From positions 7,005,360 to 7,069,359 of the forward strand of contig NC_043019.1 of the NCBI RefSeq assembly GCF_006345805.1: DNA of 64,000 nucleotides, read 5' to 3'. Shown here in pieces: positions 54,266 to 64,000 of the stretch. The stretch's first letter is position 1; every line of letters begins with the position of its first letter. The DNA comes from Octopus sinensis (lineage: Eukaryota). Position numbers and translations under genes: made by a program. Below the pieces are notes generated by a model that saw only the letters and a list, made by a program, of their open reading frames with translations, had not been told where the DNA came from and did no database searches.

Positions 54266-54614
54266 GACTAAAAGAATACCTTTTGTCATAGGTGCCCTGG
54301 AAATGATAGCAAAAGGGGCTGATTGCTACCTAACTCAGATACCAGGATACTCAAAAATGGCAGAAATTCAAAAGATAGTGCTCATGGGAACTGCTCATAT
54401 CCGACGCAAAATACTTTCTATGTAATCTCAAGGTTTAAAACAAACATAATTTTCTTTATTTTTTTTTAGACATTCACTAGTACAACACCAAAAAAAAACA
54501 CAAATATATGGCACACTAGGTATAACAACAACAAGAACGTCCAACCTGTTGTCTCTTGAGGTCTCTGGGTAAGACTTGAAACCAACTTGTACAAATATAA
54601 AGCAAAAGTCAAAC
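54261..54614 (+). mobile_element. R4/Dong-type non-LTR retrotransposon, 5'-truncated, inside (AAT)n
   Basis: IPFVIGALEMI...IQKIVLMGTAHIRRKILSM* (RLE C-terminus) plus 3' UTR; AAT tracts at 54210-54260 and 54619-54636. Confidence 0.85.
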
Positions 54615-55249
54615 ATAGAATAATAATAATAATAATAGTCAAAATCATATCGAATAACAACTAAATATCGACCTGATGTATACCTTCCTGCAGTGTGTTA
54701 TTGAATGAATGTCTTTTGGTTTAGAAAATGATAGCACAAAGTCTATACGTGGCTATTTACTCAGCGGAATATTTGCATGTTACAGCTTTGCAACACAAAT
54801 CCAGACAATTATCCTCAAGAAATAAAAACCGATAATATTGTTTTCACAATTGATTTTGTAATAGCGGGTGACGTAATCACTGTGTTGAATCGTGCTGAGA
54901 GAGTGATGATTTTCTACAAGGATTGGTGATTTTCATTAAAATCAATGTCTTGCGGAGAAAGAAAGAATATAACCAAAAGAAGAAAAGACACTTGCGTACA
55001 CGATTCCATTTGCAAATTGCTACACCTGGAATTATATTCTTACAATTATCTAAAGCTATTGAAAGAAAACATAAACACGATGAAGGAAATGGCAATAGAA
55101 ACAAAAATACCTGAGACTGTTCTGGAAATTTGTCTGTAATTTTCTCTTCGTTTTGTTTTCTTTTTATTCTTTTGCAATTTGTTATTTCCGTTGTCTTCTT
55201 GTTATTGTTGCTGTTGTAGTTGCTGTTGCTTTTCATACTGATTAACCCT

Positions 55250-55430
55250 CTACTAATCATTTCACCATCATAGATCGCTAGCCACTATAACTTTTTCTAT
55301 TTTCTCTCCCCGTTTATGTCTGTGTTCCTCTCTGTCGAAGAGCGTAGGCTCGAAACATAAAAAAAACTTTCTCACTACCTGAGGGTTAAATACATCTGTT
55401 TGTTGTTTACACACCCGTCTTCATCTTTTT
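55250..55430 (+). mobile_element. Hammerhead-like repeat family D
   Basis: CTGTCGA-A-GAGC-GTAG-GCTC-GAAAC at 55332-55356. Confidence 0.65.
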
Positions 55431-55689
55431 TTTTTTTTTTTGTAAATTCTCACTACTAATCATGACCGAGTTTGTCTATGATCGAATATATTCCATCATT
55501 GACCATCCCATATTTCCAGACATCGACTGTAATGGAACGGTCGGCGTTATAATCAAGAACACTCCGGACATAAGATTCCATTTCCTACCTTGTGTTGCCA
55601 GTCGTAGTGTTGTTGACCATAATGACGGGTGGCTGGGTGAGTTGCAGAATAAAAATGTATTTCTGGGCTGCGTGAAGAAGGAAGTGACG

Positions 55690-55815
55690 CGCAGGCGCGG
55701 CTATGCGGCAAGAAGCTTGCTTCCTAACCACATGGTTCTCGGTTCAGTCCCACTCCGTGACATCTTGAGCAAGTGTCTTCTAGTATAGCCTCCGGCCGAC
55801 CATGAGTATAGATTT
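55690..55815 (+). mobile_element. SINE family B head fragment
   Basis: GGTTCAGTCCCACTCCGTGACATCTTGAGCAAGTGTCTT. Confidence 0.75.
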
Positions 55816-56828
55816 GTGCGTTTGTTATCTTTTGGAATCAAAAGAATTGGGATATTCAAGCAAACGCCCGGCTTATTCTGTGTCGATTCTTATCACTTTG
55901 GTATTTACCGCCTGTTTGTACTATATCAGTTATATGAAAGGAAACCAAGCTTTATCGTTATAACCAATATTCTATTCCCTGACACACGAGCTGCATCATA
56001 TCACGCATTGCAGCACGCACATAATACACTATCTAGGCCTACTTTCCAGTATTTTTATCGTTTCGAAAAACCCATCATAAGGTGCCATAACTCTTCCATT
56101 ACAGATGGAGGAGATACAAAGATGTAGCACCAGTTCCTGACCAATGTTATTATATTAATTATTACGGGTAAAGCATAAAGAAAATATTTAAGTTTTAGAA
56201 ATGCGTGTATATGTCAATATCCTCCTTGTTCGTTCTTAAATTAATAATTCAGGCAAAGATAAGTTCACCTTGGTCAAACCTTCTGTCATGAACACCTAGT
56301 GGTCATTTATTTTGATCCTTTCTGCTATCCTCTCTTGTATTGCTCAAAACAACTTCCGCCAATAAAACTTTGCCTATTTCTTCGTTCGCCAAAATTTGTA
56401 TTTCGTTGGTGCGTTAATCACACCGATGCAAATATTTCAAATGTCTATTTAAGCTGTTTAAATGTCAAAGTATTCTTCTACAATGCATGAGTCTTGCTGA
56501 GTAATTGCACGAATTGTGTTTATTCTCTGTTTAGTTAGAGTTATTTCCAATTTATCTTTGGGCGTTTCTCTAAAGAGAACCATCTTGATTAGGATGTAAA
56601 AAAAAAAACAATATTTTTAATTATGTTTAAAAATAACAGACTTTATATCTTTCTGGGTGTGAGTCATTCTCGATGTAACGAATTCCAGAAGATTCCTAGC
56701 TAAAAATGATTCAAAACCAAAAGAATTTCCTACCATTTTACTTATTAAAGTATCTCAAATATTATAATAATAATGATGATGATGATGATGGTGATAATAA
56801 TACTACTAATACTACTAATAATAATAAT

Positions 56829-57040
56829 ATTCTTTTCTACTGGAAGCACAAGGCCTCATATTTGTGGGAAGGGTTTAAGTCGATTACATCGACCCCAGTA
56901 TGTAACTGGTGCTTGTTTAATCTAAGGGTGAACGGTAAAGTCGAGACCTCGGCGGAATTTGAACTTAGAGCGTAGCGACGGGCGAAATACTGCTAAGCAT
57001 TTCGTCCGGCGAGCTAACGATTGTGCAAGCTCGTTGTCTT
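56829..57040 (-). mobile_element. SINE family A
   Basis: Reverse-complement consensus. Confidence 0.85.
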
Positions 57041-57042
57041 AA

Positions 57043-57322
<280 letters not shown>

Positions 57323-57424
57323 ACAGGTAGTTACGATGGTTATACAGGGCTTAGTATACTTTTACCCAGCTTCAGTTTTGGAGGTGCTCTCTCAAATTAA
57401 TAATAAAGATAATAGTAAATAATT

Positions 57425-57570
57425 AGTTATAAATGCATTGGGAACTTTCCCTAAAGACCTGAAGAAATGGAGAGAGGAAATAGGCGTAAAACCCAGTTTA
57501 GTACAGCTTCAGAAAACAGTGTTATTAGGGACAGTTACGGTACTTAGGGGGGTTCTTGGCATGAAGGTTT
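57425..57570 (+). mobile_element. R4/Dong-type 3' ORF fragment (distinct family)
   Basis: VINALGTFPKDLKKWREEIGVKPSLVQLQKTVLLGTVTVLRGVLGM. Confidence 0.75.
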
Positions 57571-57579
57571 ATTTAGCGA

Positions 57580-58020
57580 CTGGCATGGAGATAAATAGAT
57601 CTAGTATCCACTGAAAATGGGTATGAACTGTTAGTGGTCGGAGACCCTAGTTTCAGTGATGGCCTCCACATTGATATTTAGTCACCTGAGTTCTTTGAGT
57701 AGAGGACCCTGTTTCCAAAGCGACTCCAGGCCAGCGTGCGTTTATATTGCCTGTTGTGAGCGAGACCATGTAGGATGAATATATAGATGCGCTAAAGGTT
57801 ACTTACTGTGATTTTGTTGGGGAGGTGGGGACGGTTATTCTGTCACCATGACGCAGGGGTGGCTGTGTGGTAAGTAGCTTGCTAACCAACTACATGGTTC
57901 CGGGTTCAGTCCCACTGCGTGGCACCTTGGGCAAGTGTCTTCTACTATAGCCCCGGGCCGACCAATGCCTTGTGAATGGATTTGGTAGACGGAAACTGAA
58001 AGAATCCCGTCGTATATATG

Positions 58021-58051
<31 letters not shown>

Positions 58052-59300
58052 ATGTGGTTGTGTGTATGTGTTTGTCCCCCTAGCATTGCTTGACAACCGA
58101 TGCTGGTGTGTTTACGTCCCCGTCACTTAGCGGTTCGACAAAAGAGACCGATAGAATAAGTACTGGGCTTACAAAGAATAAGTCCCGGGGTCGATTTACT
58201 CGACTAAAGGCGGTGCTCCAGCATGGCCGCAGTCAAATGATTGAAACAAGTAAAAGAGTAAACGTGTATGGTTATTTTTGCCTGTTTTCACAGGCACTTC
58301 GTTGTAGAGTCTTTTGTTGATATCTTTCGTGAAGGCCCCCAAATTCCTTCGGGATATTTTGTTGCATGTGATTTGTGATGTTACAGGAAATTTAAATGTG
58401 GTGTTTGATGGTGTGATCAAATTGGTGTTTGTGACGTCTGTATGGCTGTATATGTGTGCCATTAATTCTTTATTGTTTGTGTTTATTGCTGTGTAGTTGA
58501 TGGTGTCGGGCTGTGCGGGCTGGAAGTTGTGCGTGTCAACTGAATTGTGCTTCTGGTGATGTCGACGGCGCTGACAGTGATGTTGTTGTTGTTGACGATG
58601 GTGGTGCGGTTGCTAACGGAGAAGGTGTTTGTGTGTTTATTTTGTTATGTGTCTGCTCAATGTCATCACACATGCCAGATTTTTGTGTTTAAGTTGGTGA
58701 AATTTTGTTCTTTTTCGGGCTACTTGTAGTCATTTAGGTTCTTCTTTCTCCTCCTCCACACTGGACATGTCTGAGTATTCCGGAGAGGGTAGAGGCTAAT
58801 CTTGTGGGGCTTTTCTTTACGCTTTGTTGGTAAGATTGTCGTTGTCGTTTTGAGGGGTACTCATGCTGTTGTTTTTGTTACTGTTTGTTGTGTGGAATGC
58901 ATAGCTGTTGGTGAGTTGCTTGTTTGTTTGTTTTTTGCTGTTGTCTTCTTCTTCCCATCAGGACTCAAGCCATTAGCCACAAACAATAATCTCTAATTCG
59001 AGCCCACTCTAAGCTACTAAGAATGCGTGTGGCAACTTGAACTAGACTGGCAGTTGCACGGGTGCGAAAGCTACGTTGTTATCCTCATTCTGTAAATAGT
59101 GGCTTTTAACGGGTGGAGAGCTGAACCATCCTGGGGTACAGAGGATTCGCAATCTAGACTAGGGTTTGAAAGTTTACCACACCATAGTGGATTACACCAT
59201 AGTTTGTTCCTCTGCTTTGTGGAAGAAGTAGGAAGAAAGAGTGAGAGAAACTTGTGGCGAAATCTGCAAGTGTTTCACACGAAAGAATTCTTATTTCATT
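57580..59300 (-). mobile_element. APE-type LINE 5' remnant (decayed ORF1 plus endonuclease start; possibly Tx1/L1 clade), interrupted by a SINE
   Basis: ATG at 57769 gives MVSLTTGNINAR / GL..WKQG.LLKELR*LNINVEAITE (APE N-terminal motif); upstream A-rich decayed frame; clade tentative. Confidence 0.6.
57852..58263 (+). mobile_element. SINE family B, full length, young
   Basis: Intact head, CORE-like block, internal (TA)n(TG)n, tail. Confidence 0.93.
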
Positions 59301-59449
59301 TTTTACTTTCTCTTCACTTTCCTACTTACTTTTGTTTCTCTAGTTGGTCCTCGGCAAACAAACGTTTAAGTGAATTCCAGATACAACAAATCCCAAAATT
59401 AGCCGTAGTGGAAACAAACACAGAGAAAGCTAAGCGTATGAAAACATGT

Positions 59450-59541
59450 GCTAAAACTTCAACTTTTAATTTGTTGTCTCTTGAGGTTTTTCTGGGTGAC
59501 ACTTGGAGCCAACTTGTACAAATACAAAGCAAAAGTCAAAC
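59450..59541 (+). mobile_element. R4/Dong 3' UTR-only fragment ending on (AAT)n
   Basis: TTGTTGTCTCTTGAGG...ACAAATACAAAGCAAAAGTCAAAC, shared with the 3' ends at 54614 and 60867. Confidence 0.8.
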
Positions 59542-59561
59542 ATATAATAATGATAATAATG

Positions 59562-59592
<31 letters not shown>

Positions 59593-59623
59593 TAATAATA
59601 ATAATATAATAATAATAATAATA

Positions 59624-59659
<36 letters not shown>

Positions 59660-59661
<2 letters not shown>

Positions 59662-60300
59662 CAAATCTTTTATTTGCCACAAGGGTACATTATGGTACAT
59701 AGAATACAAATGGTTACAAAATGAAAACAATAAAAATATATCTTCATTATTGAAAAGAGCAAAGCCAGGCAATCCAAACTATCAAACGAAAAGATGTTTG
59801 CAAAACCTGTTTTGATGCATTTCTGTCAAATGGGTTCGGGCTGAAACGAAATAGAACCTGATAGGTCTGGTGAAAATTGTAGTTCACAAACCAATTCCAA
59901 TGAAAGCAATCCACCCGCATTGTAGTGCAAACCATCATTTCGGCAGGATTTAGACACCACACAATTCTGTTTGCTTTCTGCAAATAAATTCTTCCGGATT
60001 TGTCTTTGAATGTCTATGTGCATCTACGTGACAGGAAGCCTCTCACACACCTGTGATGACTGTGATGACTGGTTTTGCTACCTTTAAATACGAACCAGGT
60101 CATATTTTTTTTTCACGGAATCAGTCGTTTTTGTCTTCTATTAATTTTCCCAAACTTCTACATCTGCTTTGCATTCAATTACATTCTAATTCGGCTCATT
60201 CAGCATCCTTCTCTGGATCCCTCTTCCAACAGATGCGATCTTGAGTTCTAAACACCTCGATGACAGCAACCACTTCCAGAGGAAAAACTGTCTTTTTATT
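59660..60300 (-). mobile_element. Unclassified retroposed 3' end with (ATT)n tail
   Basis: Minus strand ends ...GGCAAATAAAAGATTTGTTTT(ATT)n; no domain recognised. Confidence 0.4.
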
Positions 60301-60388
60301 GTCTTTTTTTTTTTATTAATATCGTCATTTTTATCTCCTTTTACTTCCTCTTTCTGGCTAATTACCAGAATCCTTTTCTAGTTTCTTT

Positions 60389-60867
60389 CAGACAAAAATC
60401 ACGCCTCCTCATTGAAATGACTGTCCCAATCGACATAAATGTATTTTTCAAGACCTCCCAAAAAATGAGCAAATATAAAGATCTTGAAATAGTAATTGGC
60501 AAAATGTGGAACCTCAAGACTAAAACAATACATGTTATCATCGGTGCCCTAGGAATAGTAGCAAAGCGGGCTGATTTCTACCAAGCTCAGATACCAAGAA
60601 ACTCCAAAATAGTAGAAATTGAAAAGATAGTGCTTATGGGAACTGCCCGTATCCTACGTAAAATACTTTCTATGTAATCTCAAATTTTGAAAATAAATTC
60701 ATTATTTTCTTATGTTTTCTTAAACATTCTCTAGAACAATACTTTGTGCGAAACCAAATATATGACACACTAGGCATAACACCAACATGAACTTCCAACT
60801 TGTTGTCTCTTGATGTCACTGTGTGAGACTGGGAGTCAATTTTACAAATACAAAGCAAAAGTCAAAC
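60389..60867 (+). mobile_element. R4/Dong-type 5'-truncated copy
   Basis: LLIEMTVPIDIN...KYKDLEIVIGKMW...VIIGALG...LRKILSM* plus 3' UTR, followed by (AAT)n at 60870-60958. Confidence 0.88.
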
Positions 60868-60895
60868 TCATAATAATAATAATAATAACAATAAC

Positions 60896-60958
<63 letters not shown>

Positions 60959-61551
60959 TTCTTTTACTGACCATAATTGCTCAAGACACGGAGGACAATA
61001 TAAAAAGGACCACATACAACACAATACGCACAAAAGGTGTCGTAATAGGAGAACCTTCCTGCCTGCTAGATGTCATTGTCACACCTTCAAATCGAGAATT
61101 TAACGATATACCTTCAAAATGAACGTTTTACATAATTTATTGGATGCAGTATTATTTCTTAGTCGAATGCAATTTATAAGTAATAATCCTCGAAGCAACT
61201 CTGGCGATGATTATCCTTGCAAACGATAACCATTTTCCCCTGAAGAAACACAATGATTAAATGAACGAACACAGCAGCATAATTATCGACTGACAAACAG
61301 ACAGGGACAAGGTGGACAATATAAAAGCTGTTCGAAGCTATATTTACGAGAAGATAATTGCTCGAACTCCAAGTGGTCAATGCTTTGCTATTAGAAATAA
61401 ATATTCTCAATAATAGATGTCGTAGAATGGAATATTGAACCACGAAGTCAATATCAAAATCTAAAAGAATGGAGAACATACTCTGGCCAACTTGGAAATC
61501 GAGGGTGTTAAAAATCACTGCCATAATGTATTTGCAGGTTCAATAATAATG

Positions 61552-61623
<72 letters not shown>

Positions 61624-61626
<3 letters not shown>

Positions 61627-63135
61627 TATTTAGGGATAAATGAAGGCTCTGGTATTCAGCATGCAAGCATGAAAGAGAAAATCAGGAAGGAATGTTATAG
61701 GAGAGTTCGTGCAGTCCTGAAATCTGAACTAAATGCACGTAACAAGGTGTTAGCTATAAATTCCTTAGCAGTTCCAGTTGTTACTTATAGCTACAATGTG
61801 TTGAACTGGAATATGAGTGAAGTAAAGAATATAGATAGGAAAATACGCAAGCTGCTGAGTTGTAATAGGATGCACCACCCAAAGGCAGACGTAGATCGCC
61901 TTTACCTTCCCAGAGCCCAAGGAGGTCGAGGCCTGATCCAATTTGAACTAGCTTACAAAACAACCACAATTGGACTGGCCAAATATCTCGAAATATCGAA
62001 TGACTGGATGCTAAAGCTCGTGGAAAATCACGAGAGACGAAAGAAGCTTCATTCTATCATAAAGGAAAGCAAAAAAATTGCTATTGATCTCGTGCAGGAT
62101 ACCCAAACTGAACAACCCGAGGGAAGTACGGCAACTATTGTTGCAAAGAAGGTGAAAATGATGGCAATGAAAAAAGCGCACGAGCAATTGGCTGATAGGT
62201 GGGAGGAGAAACCTCTGCACGGCAAATATGTGACCCGCAGCAAACAAGCTGATGTTGACCAGAAGCAAACCCATCAGTGGCTACGGAGCTCAGGGCTAAA
62301 AGCAGAGAGCGAAGGTTTCATTCTGGCTGCTCAAGATCAAAGCCTATTAACCCGGAACTACCAGGCCAATGTGATGAAAAATGGAGCAGACCCAAAATGC
62401 CGATTCTGCAACGACATGATTGAAACAGTGGACCGCCTAATCTCTGGATGTAAAGTCTTAGCACCAGTGGAGTATAAATTAAGACATGACAGAGTTGGCC
62501 AATATCTCCACTGGTTAATAAGTCGGCATTACAATAGCAAAACTGCCGACAAGTGGTATAATCACCACCCTGAGGCTGTAACTGAAGGATAAAATGTAGC
62601 CATTCTGTGGGACTTTCCAGTACATACAGACCGAACCATCAAGGCCAATAAACCAGATATTGTTGTGAAAGACCAAAACAATAAAGTTTGCTAATTGATC
62701 GACATGAGCATCCCCTGTGATCATAATATCTCAGCGAAAGAGTTTGACAAGCTCAGAAAATATAAAGACCTACTCATTGAAATTAAGAAAATGTGGCATC
62801 TCAAGGCGGTTACAATACCAGTGATCGTAGGAGCACTAGGAATGATCAAGAAGGGAACCGAAAATTATATGAGAATGATCCATGGCTTACCATCCCTGCA
62901 AGAAGTGCAAAAGATTGTCTTAACTGGTACATCACACGTATTGAGAAGAGCATTGTCGATGTGAGAACTGTTGCTCCTCATGTATTTTAATTTAACTTTA
63001 AAAAAAAAAAAAAAAAAATGAACGAACTACTGAGTTTGGTTTAATGGCCTACCAATGTATACTATGAGTTTTTTTGCCCTAGGAGTCGGGAAGACACTCT
63101 GCAAGAAATGGAAGCAAATTTGAAAGAAGAAGAAA
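61624..63135 (+). mobile_element. R4/Dong-type non-LTR retrotransposon, 1.5-kb 5'-truncated copy (RT thumb, zinc knuckle, RLE)
   Basis: KYLG...HHPKADVDRLYLPRAQGGRGL...AAQDQ...CRFC(x8)R(x4)C...RHD...W DFPVHTDRTIKANKPDIVV...IDMSIP...KYKDL...IPVIVGALG; single frame with TAA at 62590 and 62692; (AAT)n at 61542-61623 and 63136-63265. Confidence 0.93.
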
Positions 63136-63166
<31 letters not shown>

Positions 63167-63213
63167 TTAATAATAATAATATTAACAATATTAATATTAA
63201 TAATAATAATAAC

Positions 63214-63267
<54 letters not shown>

Positions 63268-63274
63268 AACAACA

Positions 63275-64000
63275 AAATAGCGTGCTGCTAAATGACCACT
63301 GCAGGCTGGTAAAGCATTTGGGACGGCACAGGACGATGCATTATGGGATTACATTAACGTGTGTAAAATGTGATGTAACACATACAAAAGACAAACTATT
63401 CAAGCAGAGTATAATTGCTAAAAGTGGGAAGACCTCTGGGGGCTATTCGTGGAAACGCTACAAAATCACGGTCACCATGGCCACTAAATGAAGTGACATT
63501 TACCGTTTCTCCACCAGTCTCCACGACCAGGTAGCGAAAGCGCGACACGATCAGGTAGCAAAAGGGTTATATTGGAAACGGTGTGAAAAGAGGGGGCTAG
63601 AGTGAAGCAAGGCGTCATATGAACACAAACGGCAGTGCGTGGTGGTGGTGGTGGTGGTGTTGGAGACATGTAAAGTCATCTGACATTTCTCAATCCAAAC
63701 GGATCAGGTGCAAGAGCATAACAGACCGGACCTATTGGTGGTGGACAATGTGCACCACATGTGCTGTACAGTTGATGTTATATACCCCTTTGATCCGCGA
63801 ATAATCAAGAAGGAAAGCGAAAAGATAGATAGATACAACCCTCTCAAGTACAAAATAGCCCGGCTATAGAAAATGAAGAAGGTGAAGATAGTGCCAATCA
63901 TTATTAAGTCCTTGGGAACAGTATCAGAAAGTATCAGGAGGAATATAAAGAAAATTGAAATAGAGTACCTAGTAGAATTGTAACGAAAGCTTTGTCACCT
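63275..64000 (+). mobile_element. Further decayed R4/Dong-type fragment running off the window
   Basis: TAQDDAL; RHDQVAKGLYW; IQTDQVQEHNRPDLLVVD...VDVIYP...KIDRYNPL...IVPIIIKSLG; starts right after (AAT)n. Confidence 0.85.

Noticed and set aside
61492-61623. N-terminus of the 366-aa ORF (MEIEG...poly-I)
   Set aside because: It is read-through from flank and (AAT)n target; the element begins at KYLG (61624)

Overview
AT-rich, repeat-dense eukaryotic DNA, mostly non-coding. The SINE families and microsatellite load point to an octopus or other coleoid cephalopod (inference). Almost all ORFs in the track are artefacts of (TA)n, (CA)n, (AAT)n, (ACT)n and (ACC)n repeats. Supported content: at least three tRNA-derived SINE families (about 35 copies or fragments, some with TSDs, some as tandem multimers or inverted pairs); a cluster of R4/Dong-type (RT + restriction-like endonuclease) non-LTR retrotransposon 3' fragments sitting in (AAT)n tracts at 54-64 kb; an APE-type LINE 5' remnant; a Helitron helicase remnant and a non-autonomous Helitron; an internally deleted mariner nested in a hAT-like repeat; Tigger-like and piggyBac-like MITEs; several near-perfect palindromes; and hammerhead-ribozyme motifs of the Penelope/retrozyme type, one with a fully canonical core. 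The only host-gene signal is a tentative pair of phase-compatible plus-strand exons (17357-17416, 19003-19111) that I cannot assign to a protein. There is one assembly gap (33388-33486).
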